Positions 20,112 through 29,596 of a stretch of DNA of 52,452 nucleotides are shown here, one piece after another. The first letter of the stretch is position 1. Every line of letters starts with the position of its first letter. Origin of the DNA: Escherichia phage EcoM1; the sequence record PQ818760.1; one strand, written 5' to 3'. Both the position numbers and the translations under genes were made by a program. Below the pieces are notes generated by a model, which was given only the letters and a program-made list of their open reading frames with translations, ran no database searches and was not told the origin of the DNA.

Positions 20112-20335
20112 TATTTCTTCCTTAGAATAGTTCCATTACCCTTAACAATTTGAATGTTGTCGGAGGTGTGGAGTCGCAGATTTGACTCGTGCTTTAACTT
20201 AACACAGTCGCTCTCTGTGGTAGAAACTGCCTCAATCACACATAAAATGTTTCCTTCCAAATCTTGAATCTGGAAGGAGTTGTTCTTGCGTGAGCGGGCA
20301 TCTAAACGAGTGATAACCGCCATATTTACATCCAT
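20111..20335 (-). CDS. hypothetical protein
   Basis: 74 aa ORF overlapping the terminase 3' end and coupled to the portal start. Confidence 0.3.
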   Translation of the reverse strand: MDVNMAVITRLDARSRKNNSFQIQDLEGNILCVIEAVSTTESDCVKLKHESNLRLHTSDNIQIVKGNGTILRKK

Positions 20336-22371
20336 GCGGAGTAGTTGGCACTTGGGCCTGAGAATTCGATTGCAACCATATCTGAAACGTTATCGACACA
20401 ATCGTCGTGTCCAGTACCACTACCCAAAGAAGTGAATCCAAGTATTTCACGTCTAACGTGGTCGATGTGTTCATGACCAGCAGGGAAGAATATTCTCTTT
20501 TGTGAGAAATATGGGATTGCGTTAAGGAATCGAGTTACCTTGTCATTACCATTAATCCCATCACGAGGCAATGGTAAAACTCGGACACTCCCATCTCTGA
20601 TAAATTGTTGGTTCAAGAATTGTCCGGCAGACTTGTCTTCCATGTACAGTGCACGAGGAATACAACCTACACACTTCAAGTCCAACTTGTTGCATTTGTT
20701 CCAGAAGTCGATGATAGCAGTCTTGAGTTCTGGAGTTTCAAACTTACCAAGCATAATATCTAAACAATAAACATCACGCTCTTTAGTCACGCCCCAATGC
20801 TTAAGGACCGAATAATCAGAATAGGACTTGGCAGTTGATGCCGTATCCGCTGTAATAAAGCTTCTGACTATGCGACTTCTGTCGAAAACGTCTGGTTCAT
20901 ACTCTTGCCACCAATCTTCTTTGATAAGGCCGTGGCCTTGTGCAGATGGGTCGCCAGCATACTGTGAATTGTATGTGTATGGGTTAGACTCTTTCATTGC
21001 CTCCAGAGATTCTAAGCTCTTACGTGAAGGCCATAATGCAGACTTCTCTTCCTTCCTGTTCAAATTATACAGAATGGGAATAGCATGAGTGTAGTTCTGC
21101 TTCTTGATTAACTTATCATACCATTCAGCACTTCCAACTCCCTTCTCAATAATCGCTGGGATATTGAGATAGTGGTATTTGTCAGAAGAGCCGCCACGGA
21201 GTATATAACCAACTAAATCCTGGTCGTGAACTCGCTGCATGATGATAACCATTGGTGTACGGGCACACTTAATTTGGTTTCCGTACGAATCAGTTATGCA
21301 ACCATCGTTGGCAAGACGTGACATGAAGGTGTTATCAAATCGGTCGTTGATTTCTGCTCGAACTGTGTCAGAGTAGGCATCTTTAGGTTTGATAACGTCA
21401 TCCACCACGAAACAACCGGAGTATTTTGCAACAAGAAGTCCAGCACCTTTACCAGTTAACTTACCGCCAGTTGGTACTGCGTGCATAACTCCAGCTTTGG
21501 TTGTACCCCAACGTTCAAGAGAACGTTTGTTAGGGTCGATTCTCACCTTCGGGAATATGCGTTGGAACAGTGGGTCCATCATTACAGCACGGATGTAACC
21601 ACTCGATTCAAGAACAACGTCTTCTGCATACGAGGTGATAATGTTATGACTCGATTCATTGTGGCAAAATGAATACAAGGGCAATGCAATACTCATGAGC
21701 TGAGTCTTAGAGTGTCGTGGTGGAATGGTCACTATTAAGCGGTCAATCTCACCGTCAACAACCTTCTGACCAACACTGAATATTACATCGTGAAAGTCTT
21801 GTGCTTGAAATGGAAATCCCATCTGAATATGGAACTGCCATTTACCAAAGGCTTCGAAACTTTTCATCAAGATTTTGCGAACACGTTCTGCAACCTTGGC
21901 AGGGATTACAGTTGGGTCCACGTTATGTGGGTCATGCAGAATCTTGTCTACAAGTTCATCGGTGTTATCATGCTCCGAGTTTGGCTCCTCTAATGTGGAA
22001 CCTGCAACACGGTCAGTAACACCTGCTTGAATACCTTTCTTCAACTCATCTGCATAGGCAGTCGAGTCTTTCTTGTCGCCAGAGCGAAGACGCTCAAGTT
22101 GTGCTCTGAAAACGGAACGCAATACAGCATCGTTTTCAAGACCCTGGCCTTCTAACTCTGCTTGAATTTGTTCTTCATAGCTGTCAACTATTGCAGTATT
22201 TTCTGAAATATATCGACGGAGCAATGGCAAAGATAGAATACAGAATCTTTCTCTTGAGACTTTTAATACGTCACCGTAGTGTTTGGCGAGATACGAGGCT
22301 ACTGTATCATTAAACTCCGGTCCGAGGTCATCAGTCTTTGACATTGATTCGTTCTCTTTGTTTTTAATCAC
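20326..22371 (-). CDS. terminase large subunit
   Basis: 681 aa with Walker-A-like IPPRHSKTQ, Walker-B CFVVDDV, and C-terminal nuclease-like GHDDCVDNVSDM; upstream of portal. Track start is GTG at 22371; first ATG at 22344. Confidence 0.8.
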   Translation of the reverse strand: MIKNKENESMSKTDDLGPEFNDTVASYLAKHYGDVLKVSRERFCILSLPLLRRYISENTAIVDSYEEQIQAELEGQGLENDAVLRSVFRAQLERLRSGDKKDSTAYADELKKGIQAGVTDRVAGSTLEEPNSEHDNTDELVDKILHDPHNVDPTVIPAKVAERVRKILMKSFEAFGKWQFHIQMGFPFQAQDFHDVIFSVGQKVVDGEIDRLIVTIPPRHSKTQLMSIALPLYSFCHNESSHNIITSYAEDVVLESSGYIRAVMMDPLFQRIFPKVRIDPNKRSLERWGTTKAGVMHAVPTGGKLTGKGAGLLVAKYSGCFVVDDVIKPKDAYSDTVRAEINDRFDNTFMSRLANDGCITDSYGNQIKCARTPMVIIMQRVHDQDLVGYILRGGSSDKYHYLNIPAIIEKGVGSAEWYDKLIKKQNYTHAIPILYNLNRKEEKSALWPSRKSLESLEAMKESNPYTYNSQYAGDPSAQGHGLIKEDWWQEYEPDVFDRSRIVRSFITADTASTAKSYSDYSVLKHWGVTKERDVYCLDIMLGKFETPELKTAIIDFWNKCNKLDLKCVGCIPRALYMEDKSAGQFLNQQFIRDGSVRVLPLPRDGINGNDKVTRFLNAIPYFSQKRIFFPAGHEHIDHVRREILGFTSLGSGTGHDDCVDNVSDMVAIEFSGPSANYSAWM

Positions 22372-22549
22372 AATCCACTAATGGCTGAGTTTGCACGGGA
22401 TTGATGCGAATGATGCTGCCTAAACCAGAATCGGCCTTTAAATACAGGCGGTTTAGTGGCATGTATGAATCACAGATAGGACATTGCTGCGTTATGAAAT
22501 CATCTTCTGCAATTTCATAATGGCAGTTAGGACATTGTATTGTGCGCAT
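22364..22549 (-). CDS. zinc-ribbon protein
   Basis: 61 aa with CPNC...17 aa...CPIC; overlaps the terminase start. Confidence 0.4.
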   Translation of the reverse strand: MRTIQCPNCHYEIAEDDFITQQCPICDSYMPLNRLYLKADSGLGSIIRINPVQTQPLVDCD

Positions 22550-22569
22550 AAGCGACTCCGAATAAGATA

Positions 22570-22587
22570 GGAGGCCAGATAGCCTCC
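22570..22587 (-). terminator. terminator-like hairpin
   Basis: GGAGGC-cagata-GCCTCC hairpin between the stop at 22605 and the start at 22549; followed on the gene strand by TATCTTATT. Confidence 0.4.
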
Positions 22588-22604
22588 CTAATTACGCGTG
22601 TCGC

Positions 22605-22934
22605 TTAATATTTAATATCGCTCCAGGCCATATCTTTATAGAAATCTTCAAGATATGCTTGGGTAGAACCAACAACCACCACAATCTTAAATGGCAGTAT
22701 CAGCGGCTTAACAGCCGACATTAAATCTTCGCGCCCACGCTTGATACGTTCGACGTTCTTGATTGTGTTTTCACCATGAGGGAGCATGAAAACAATAACA
22801 TCCGCACCTGTTTCGTTGCGAACTGCAAGTGCACGGGTGAGATAAGTCCCGCCACCAGTGGAGGTGACATTAGACTTGAGATATGCAAATTTAACTTTGC
22901 GGTTATTTACTACAACAGGTGAGGACAGTTTCAT
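22605..22934 (-). CDS. hypothetical protein
   Basis: 109 aa between dUTPase and terminase genes; could be a small terminase subunit by position but no motif supports it. Confidence 0.3.
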   Translation of the reverse strand: MKLSSPVVVNNRKVKFAYLKSNVTSTGGGTYLTRALAVRNETGADVIVFMLPHGENTIKNVERIKRGREDLMSAVKPLILPFKIVVVVGSTQAYLEDFYKDMAWSDIKY

Positions 22935-22973
22935 TTCAGATAGGTTCCAATTGGTTACTGAGAATGTCGAATA

Positions 22974-23495
22974 TTACTTGGCAATGCTGTGATTGTGGAC
23001 TGTCAAGCCTTCTGGAATATGTGGTCTTTCATGCTGACCAAGTTCCACACGACCAGTTGAGCCAAAGCCACCTTCACCACGACCAGTTGCATTCAAGCGG
23101 TCAACTTCAACGAAATGGTGTTGAGTAGCTTTACTAACTTGCACCTGACAAATACGTTCACCTGGCTGAACCACAAAGGCTGTGTCCGAGTCGTTGTGCA
23201 ACTTAACCATAAGATTGCCACGATAATCGGAGTCCAGAATTCCTGTGCAGTTTGCCAGGCGAATGCCAGACTTAAAGCCATGACCAGAACGGCTATGTAC
23301 TTTGAGTTCGTATCCAACTGGAATCTCGAATTGGAGGCCAGTATCGAAAACAGCAGAGCAGCCGGGATTGATAACAACAGTGCTATCGGAGATAGTGCAA
23401 ACGTCAGCAGCAGCAGCGCCAGCAGTAGCGTACACAGGTAATTTCGCATTAGGATGCACTCGCTTTACAGCAACAACTTGGGTCATACAAGACAT
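22974..23495 (-). CDS. dut: dUTP pyrophosphatase
   Basis: Conserved dUTPase motifs: RSGHG-like, GILDSDYRGN, GERICQ, RGEGGFGSTG. Confidence 0.85.
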   Translation of the reverse strand: MSCMTQVVAVKRVHPNAKLPVYATAGAAAADVCTISDSTVVINPGCSAVFDTGLQFEIPVGYELKVHSRSGHGFKSGIRLANCTGILDSDYRGNLMVKLHNDSDTAFVVQPGERICQVQVSKATQHHFVEVDRLNATGRGEGGFGSTGRVELGQHERPHIPEGLTVHNHSIAK

Positions 23496-23497
23496 GA

Positions 23498-24124
23498 TTA
23501 TTTCTCTACTTGATAAGTTACGCGTTCAATCCAGTTGAACACTTTGAATACAGAATCACCCACTTTACCATCAACTAAATGTTCGTCCACTGTTACGCGG
23601 GTAGGTGTGTCTGGGAGGTTGATGTATCTGCGAGAATCGCCCGTGAAATCAAAACCATCACGATGCAAACGCACAATGAGGACAAAATCATAAGCAGACT
23701 CAATGGCAACGACTTCATCACCAAAACCGCCATCGGGATAAATGACATTAATAATGCCACCCATACGCCCCGCGAGTTCTTCAACACGAGCAGCTTCAAC
23801 CTTACCGAAGTAGTCTTGTCCGTGGCGAGGTTTATACACGTCTTCGCTAACGTGAATAAGAGCCTGACGAGGTGTTCTGCCACCAAGACCTGCAAGGGAG
23901 ATAGAGTCTTTGAGGTCACGGTCCGAAGCGTAGTGAATAAACTTGTCCACATCAACTTGAAAGTGTTTGGCAGTATGCTCATACAGTGCATCCTTAAACT
24001 GGTGTTTAATGAATTTGCGTCTACCGAGAAAGTATGGTTCCTCGGCAGCAACAATCTTATTTACAATGGTATCTTTACCGCAGCCAGGAGGTCCATTGAG
24101 AATAACAGCTAGTCGCTTAATCAA
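23498..24124 (-). CDS. P-loop nucleotide kinase (dNMP-kinase-like)
   Basis: Walker A GPPGCGKDT near the N-terminus. Start taken as TTG at 24122-24124 with GAGGAAA 5 nt upstream, overlapping the ligase stop; the track ORF extends to 24226 inside the ligase gene. Confidence 0.5.
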   Translation of the reverse strand: MIKRLAVILNGPPGCGKDTIVNKIVAAEEPYFLGRRKFIKHQFKDALYEHTAKHFQVDVDKFIHYASDRDLKDSISLAGLGGRTPRQALIHVSEDVYKPRHGQDYFGKVEAARVEELAGRMGGIINVIYPDGGFGDEVVAIESAYDFVLIVRLHRDGFDFTGDSRRYINLPDTPTRVTVDEHLVDGKVGDSVFKVFNWIERVTYQVEK

Positions 24125-24872
24125 AACTTTCCTCACTTTTGTCTGCACGTAAACGGACGAGTGACGGGAACCGGAACTTGCCAGCTTCTGTCTTCTCACG
24201 ATATCGAACTTGCATAATCGAACCAATTAGCTCGTGGCGATGTTCCCACAACCACTTACGAATCAATGGGTTAGATTCTGGAACACCGTGGTCTGCCAGG
24301 CAATCTTTCACCATTGAACCAGCACTACCGTAGTTCGAGGAGATAGAACCACACATACCTTTAAGAGCACCAGTACCTTCTTTCATACCAGTAATCTTCA
24401 CATCGGCATATTTATATGGTACAATCTTCCACCATTTACCTCTTGCATCACGGACAATGATACCTTCATGACCAAGCGCCAGATATTTATCCATCAATGC
24501 CTTAAGGTTTTCATTGCTTGGGTCTTTGCACCAGCCGATGTACAGGCGTGGGTCAACAGCACCATCACTCAACTCGTAAACGTTTTCTTGCGATAACGGT
24601 ACGGTCGGAGGGTCGATACGCCCAAGGATAGATGAAGTCTCGTTCCAGGAACCGCGAAAGATTTCTGCATCTTTAAATTTGAGATGGTCGCAGTGAGGGA
24701 GAGGTTTAGAGTTGCGGCTCCATACCTCACCAGAAGCATTACGAATCGCTCGTATGCCGTCAATTTTGATGTACAATTCGCATCGACCACGAATAAGACA
24801 GTTTGGGTCTTCCCAATCATGTGCGTGAGCCTTTGTATATCTTGTACCATCAGCGAGGAGCTTAATAGACAT
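24117..24872 (-). CDS. ATP-dependent DNA ligase
   Basis: Adenylation motif I YIKIDGIR (KxDG) plus EGIIVRD; small ligase as in T7-type replication modules. Confidence 0.8.
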   Translation of the reverse strand: MSIKLLADGTRYTKAHAHDWEDPNCLIRGRCELYIKIDGIRAIRNASGEVWSRNSKPLPHCDHLKFKDAEIFRGSWNETSSILGRIDPPTVPLSQENVYELSDGAVDPRLYIGWCKDPSNENLKALMDKYLALGHEGIIVRDARGKWWKIVPYKYADVKITGMKEGTGALKGMCGSISSNYGSAGSMVKDCLADHGVPESNPLIRKWLWEHRHELIGSIMQVRYREKTEAGKFRFPSLVRLRADKSEESFD

Positions 24873-25386
24873 TAAGATTCTTTCTCAGGTATTCTCGAAC
24901 AGCATTCTTGCGTCCGATTTTGGTTTTAGGGACTGGCTCTATTTTAGCAAGATTGCACTTGGCAATTTGCTCTTCGTCAGACAATTTGGCAAATGCGATA
25001 CACTTCTTCTCAATGACTGCATCACGACGTGATACACCATATCGTTCCATGTATGTAATAATGCCGTGACAATCTTTACACAGCAATTCCAAATCTTCTG
25101 GCTGAACCAGTAGAAGGTTGTCCACAAAGCGGTGCAGGTCTTCCAATTTAAGGAGGCCACCAACCTGAACTTTGTGGTTTACTTCAATCTCTTTGAGCTT
25201 ATACAACTTCTTGCAATGGTAGCATTGAATGTGGAAGATTGGTTTCTTTGAGTCACCGACCTTCAATGCAATGCGTCGAGATTGTATCAGCGCAAGTTTG
25301 CTTGGGTGTTTAGACCAAACACTTCGAATAGCAGATTGGAGCCAAGATACAAACTTGGCTTCCGTTCCACAATAACCGTAAGCCAT
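24862..25386 (-). CDS. HNH endonuclease
   Basis: CYHCKK...EVNHKV...CKDCH, an HNH/zinc-finger nuclease arrangement; free-standing between ligase and exonuclease. Confidence 0.65.
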   Translation of the reverse strand: MAYGYCGTEAKFVSWLQSAIRSVWSKHPSKLALIQSRRIALKVGDSKKPIFHIQCYHCKKLYKLKEIEVNHKVQVGGLLKLEDLHRFVDNLLLVQPEDLELLCKDCHGIITYMERYGVSRRDAVIEKKCIAFAKLSDEEQIAKCNLAKIEPVPKTKIGRKNAVREYLRKNLNVY

Positions 25387-25397
25387 TCCAACTCCAA

Positions 25398-26435
25398 TTA
25401 TTTCTGGAGGTACTCTTCTTGAGTGAGGATACGATTCTCTTTAAGGTCAAAGTATTCGTTAATGTTCTTGTAATGCCACAAGCGAACACAATTACCCTTT
25501 TCAATTTGATGGTGCATGTAAACAAGACGGCCCACTTTGAGCAGCTCTTGTTCCCAACCATCTCCGAAGCGCATAATGTATGCACCAATAACTTTCTTCA
25601 AACCTTCTGCATAGGAGGTTGTACCATCCAGCATTTCGAATGAAGCGACTGCACCAATGCCGTCACGACGGAAATAAGTTTCACCAGCTTTGGCACCAGT
25701 TTTGTAAATTCTTTCTTCAAGAACTCCGCAACCCATAACGTTATCCGTTGAGTCGCCAATAAGCAATTGATGCAAGAAGAATTTAGGGCCATTACCTTTA
25801 ACTTCTTTCTTCTTCGATTTGCCATTGTCCTTGATGATTAATTTGAGTTCTCCGTAGTCCTGCGGAGTTACAACCTTCTCACCAATACCCTGGGTTTCTC
25901 GTTCCCATTGGTAATGTTTAATTACTGGACCAGCACCACCATTCTGCCCGATTTGTCGCAAGTCTTTGTCCAGCGACGCAATCCAGACTTCATCATATGT
26001 GCAAGGACCAATGCGCTTGAGGCTCTTAATCTCATTACGTTTGCCCATTGTCATTTCGTATTCATGACGTGCGAATACAGCAAGTAGGTCGTCTGCTTCC
26101 AGACCTTTCATCCACACACCGTTCCAGGCAACCATAAGATGTGCTTTCGCATTCTTCAAGTTTTCTGGTCGCCAAACATCATCACGGTTGCCTTTGTAAT
26201 TCTCGGCAAGAACGTTACGGAATGTTTTGGATGGTGAAATGCAGGTAACTACTTCTGTAGCTCCCACACGTTTCGCAAGGAATTCCATCTTGGAATCCAT
26301 TGACATTTGAATCTTAGCAAAGTTAATATCTTCTGAATCTTTGCCGTATTCCTCAGCAGCACAGTGACTGAATGCAACCATGTCGCCGTCAACCAGCAAC
26401 AAAACTCGTTTCTTACTCACTTTGGTAAGCTCCAA
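25398..26435 (-). CDS. 5'-3' exonuclease / flap endonuclease
   Basis: N-terminal LLLVDGDMVAF and GDSTDNVMGCGV motifs of the FEN/5'-3' exonuclease family. Track start is TTG; a GTG at 26420 has better Shine-Dalgarno spacing. Confidence 0.8.
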   Translation of the reverse strand: MELTKVSKKRVLLLVDGDMVAFSHCAAEEYGKDSEDINFAKIQMSMDSKMEFLAKRVGATEVVTCISPSKTFRNVLAENYKGNRDDVWRPENLKNAKAHLMVAWNGVWMKGLEADDLLAVFARHEYEMTMGKRNEIKSLKRIGPCTYDEVWIASLDKDLRQIGQNGGAGPVIKHYQWERETQGIGEKVVTPQDYGELKLIIKDNGKSKKKEVKGNGPKFFLHQLLIGDSTDNVMGCGVLEERIYKTGAKAGETYFRRDGIGAVASFEMLDGTTSYAEGLKKVIGAYIMRFGDGWEQELLKVGRLVYMHHQIEKGNCVRLWHYKNINEYFDLKENRILTQEEYLQK

Positions 26436-26442
26436 AATTAAA

Positions 26443-26458
26443 GGCTCCCGAAGGAGCC
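26443..26458 (-). terminator. intrinsic-terminator-like hairpin
   Basis: GGCTCC-cgaa-GGAGCC hairpin between the stop at 26469 and the exonuclease start, followed on the gene strand by TTTAATTTT. Confidence 0.5.
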
Positions 26459-26468
26459 ATATTTATAA

Positions 26469-27335
26469 TTAGAACGGCATACCCGTACCGCCAGCAGCAC
26501 CACCTTCTGCTTCACGCTGTGCTTTTGCAGCAGCCTGTGCTTCCAGTTCAGCTTTCATAGCTGCATCAACTTCTTCATCAGAAGCCTGATTCGGTACAGC
26601 ACCTTCATCGGCAGGTTTACCGCCTAACAGCGCAGACAGCTTAGTCTTGTAGAAATCAACACCGGAAGTAATACGGTTCTTGATTGCATACGGAGATTCG
26701 CCACCTGGCAGTTTGTTGAATACTTCTAAGTCTGGCTCAGACATGTCAAAGAAGACAGTTGGGTTAACCAGAGCTTTAGCTTCTTTCTTCTCTTTGGATT
26801 TCATCGGGGAGAAAGTAGCTACTTTGTTTGCAACCTGGCCAGCATTCTTACCTGACTGCTTGGTATACTGAACAATGCCAACAATCAGAGGTTCGCCCAA
26901 CCAATCCGGCAGGTTCTTGGCAGGATGGCCCTGAATACCTTGTTCCAGGTTAGGTTTAACTTCCAGTGCATCAATCGCCTTAGCGAATTTGTAGATGTGG
27001 GAGTTCTCACCCATGAAGCCGTCAGCATTATAGGTAAACTCAAAGTCAAACCAACGCGGCTTGTCTTCAAGATTCTTCGCCATCATGATGCCGTCATCTT
27101 CGTCTGGGTCTTGAACCATGACCATTTTACCTTCACTGTCAACTTCTTTCATGTACTCGTCGAGCAGTTCGAAAGTCACCAGAAGTTTCAGAGATGGAGT
27201 AGGATATTTAGCAGAACCAGGCTGTAAGCCCAGGTCGATAATACGGCAGACACGAGCAGGATAACCACCCGCTTCCAGTAATGGTGCAGCAGAAGGAGTC
27301 TTGTTCGAGGCCAGTGTAGGAGCAGCAAATGCCAT
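26469..27335 (-). CDS. putative ssDNA-binding/annealing protein
   Basis: 288 aa at the position of an SSB gene between DNA polymerase and exonuclease; acidic C-terminus ending ...GGTGMPF. Family not verifiable by eye. Confidence 0.3.
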   Translation of the reverse strand: MAFAAPTLASNKTPSAAPLLEAGGYPARVCRIIDLGLQPGSAKYPTPSLKLLVTFELLDEYMKEVDSEGKMVMVQDPDEDDGIMMAKNLEDKPRWFDFEFTYNADGFMGENSHIYKFAKAIDALEVKPNLEQGIQGHPAKNLPDWLGEPLIVGIVQYTKQSGKNAGQVANKVATFSPMKSKEKKEAKALVNPTVFFDMSEPDLEVFNKLPGGESPYAIKNRITSGVDFYKTKLSALLGGKPADEGAVPNQASDEEVDAAMKAELEAQAAAKAQREAEGGAAGGTGMPF

Positions 27336-27351
27336 TTTGAGTACCTTTAAA

Positions 27352-27597
27352 TTACAGTTGAGTGATAACTAGGGAGAAGTCCAGGTCGTTCATACAAGAG
27401 ATTAACTCTTGCTCATTGACGACAGGACCAGATAAAGTTTTAATGAATGCCTGATACATTGAATTGGTAGCATAATCACTTCCAAATAATGCTTCAACAT
27501 TCTCGGTAATTACAGACAGCACAGCTTCCCGTGCGTCTTCACCTTTCTTGACAAAATGGAAATGGTCCACTTTGTCGAATATAGATACAACAACCAT
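27352..27597 (-). CDS. hypothetical protein
   Basis: 81 aa coupled to the DNA polymerase stop. Confidence 0.35.
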   Translation of the reverse strand: MVVVSIFDKVDHFHFVKKGEDAREAVLSVITENVEALFGSDYATNSMYQAFIKTLSGPVVNEQELISCMNDLDFSLVITQL

Positions 27598-29510
27598 TAG
27601 TGAATCTCTGCGTAGTTATCGCCAAATTGTACATCACATGCACAATCGCGATTGAGTTTAAGTTCTTTGTTGGTTCGGCCCATTGCCTCATTAAGCAAGT
27701 CCGTCCACAAATCACGGAAACCTTTCTTAACTTGGAGAATCAATTCATCATGGAATTGCCCGGACAGAAGCGGGTCACAGCCCCAACGTTCATTACAAAT
27801 TGCAATGATGTTGTTACACCAAATATCAAACACATATGCACCAGTACCCTGACACAATGTTGAGAAGCGGTCTTTCTCTGTACGCAGCGAATACCAGAAT
27901 TTGTTTACTGGATTCTGTTGCCACATCTGACCATCAATTGTTACAACTTTGGTATTGGCTGCAATCTCTTTGATTGACCAGTTCAAGTCCCAATATGCTT
28001 TATGAAGTCGTGCAGCAGTAGTCTGGTCACAGCCAGCAGAACGAGCTACAGTTGGTACACCAGCGCCATACTGACAAGCATAGTTTGTGGTCTTAAACAT
28101 TGGACGTTGTTTACACTTCTTAATTCCGTCCTTGTGGTCCTGAGATTCTTGTTCTGTAATAAATCCACCAATTACGCCGATTGCAAGGTGAGCATCATAG
28201 TCTGGTGCCAACTGCTTCTTAACGTATTCAGGGTCATACATCCACTGGAAGTGGTGTTTACAACGGTCTTCCAGAGAACACAAGTCAGAGCCTAGCTGTT
28301 CGTAGTCTTCACGCCACGCTTCCAGCATTGAACGCAGTTCTTCACCGCCAAATACACGAATAGAAGGGAGGTTAACAAGTTCGCGATGTTTAAGGCGTAA
28401 AGTATTGGTAAGGCCACCACATCGTGCAGTAAGGAACCCATCTTCATCGACGTCGCGAAGGAAGCCATTAACAACAGACAGACGGTGTTTATACACGCCC
28501 ATCCCAATAAGATGTTGAATACCAGATTCGGGGTTTCTTTCCGCCAGCTTATGCAAGCTCGGACATATTTCAGGATTGCCATCTTCATCCTTCACAGTGA
28601 TTTGTGGAATCTGGCGAGTTTCACCTGTTTCCTTGTTACGGTCAAACTTAAAGGTTTCCGGTTCCCAGCCTAGGCTGAACAACCAATCTTTGATTTGAAC
28701 ATGTGAACCAGCATTAGGCTTCTTATAACCTTTAAGAACTTTGATAGCCAGGTCTGGGTCTTTCCAATCCAAACCGTTCGCATCACAAATAGCCTTCCAC
28801 TTAATTCCAGTGGCAGACAGTTGCCCGTTCATCTTGTGGCATTTAGCTGGACGGGTTTTGATAACATATTCCGGAACACGCGGCATTGATGCTTCCAATG
28901 CGTCCGTCTTCTCTTTAATCATTGGCTCCAGCTTGGCCTTAAATGCCAATGCCTTCTCAATGTTCAGCTTCCAGCGAGTACGTTGCTGAATAACTTGTTG
29001 ACGAGCTTTTGTCATCAGGTATTCAACGAAGCGTTTAACTTCGCTAGGAGATTTATAAATCTTCAAGAGTTGAATGTATTGCTGTTCCCACAGCTTCAAC
29101 TGAATCTTGCAGTCTTCCATCACACGATGGTTGTACTCTTCTTGAGTTTGATTTTCCCAATCTTCAATGACTGGTTTTGGCACACCAAACTCTTCACCAT
29201 AACCCTCTAAGCCGTGCTTAACACGACGAGGTTGCAGATACCAACTGATAAACAAGGTATCAATCAGAGTACATTTTGAAACGTCATAACCCAAGAACCT
29301 CAATGCTTCAAAGTCAAAGGTTGCGCCATTGTGCATGATTAGTGTTGGGCCTGTATCCAGAAATGCCTGGATAGATTTTCTGTCGGTCCACTCTATTACA
29401 GTTTCTTCACGAGTTAGAACATCAATATATCCGATGTTGTGAAGACGTGGTGCAGCTTGCTTGCGCATTTGCTCCAACAGGCCAGTTGTTTCAATGTCAC
29501 TGGCATACAT
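27597..29510 (-). CDS. DNA polymerase, family A (T7 gp5-like)
   Basis: N-terminal MYASDIETTGL exonuclease motif (T7 DNAP begins MIVSDIEAN), motif B RPMFKTTNYACQYGAG, motif C QFHDE. Start at ATG 29510; track extends to GTG 29531. Confidence 0.85.
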   Translation of the reverse strand: MYASDIETTGLLEQMRKQAAPRLHNIGYIDVLTREETVIEWTDRKSIQAFLDTGPTLIMHNGATFDFEALRFLGYDVSKCTLIDTLFISWYLQPRRVKHGLEGYGEEFGVPKPVIEDWENQTQEEYNHRVMEDCKIQLKLWEQQYIQLLKIYKSPSEVKRFVEYLMTKARQQVIQQRTRWKLNIEKALAFKAKLEPMIKEKTDALEASMPRVPEYVIKTRPAKCHKMNGQLSATGIKWKAICDANGLDWKDPDLAIKVLKGYKKPNAGSHVQIKDWLFSLGWEPETFKFDRNKETGETRQIPQITVKDEDGNPEICPSLHKLAERNPESGIQHLIGMGVYKHRLSVVNGFLRDVDEDGFLTARCGGLTNTLRLKHRELVNLPSIRVFGGEELRSMLEAWREDYEQLGSDLCSLEDRCKHHFQWMYDPEYVKKQLAPDYDAHLAIGVIGGFITEQESQDHKDGIKKCKQRPMFKTTNYACQYGAGVPTVARSAGCDQTTAARLHKAYWDLNWSIKEIAANTKVVTIDGQMWQQNPVNKFWYSLRTEKDRFSTLCQGTGAYVFDIWCNNIIAICNERWGCDPLLSGQFHDELILQVKKGFRDLWTDLLNEAMGRTNKELKLNRDCACDVQFGDNYAEIH

Positions 29511-29557
29511 ATTTTCCCAAGGATACAACACAGTATGGCTCCAATGGATTGGTGAGG

Positions 29558-29589
29558 GCTACGCTGGTGGGCGAACCATGCAGCGTAGC
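29558..29589 (-). promoter_or_regulatory. stem-loop between primase-helicase and DNA polymerase genes
   Basis: Perfect 9-bp inverted repeat GCTACGCTG / CAGCGTAGC with 14-nt loop in the intergenic leader of the polymerase gene. Confidence 0.3.
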
Positions 29590-29596
29590 AGCTCTG

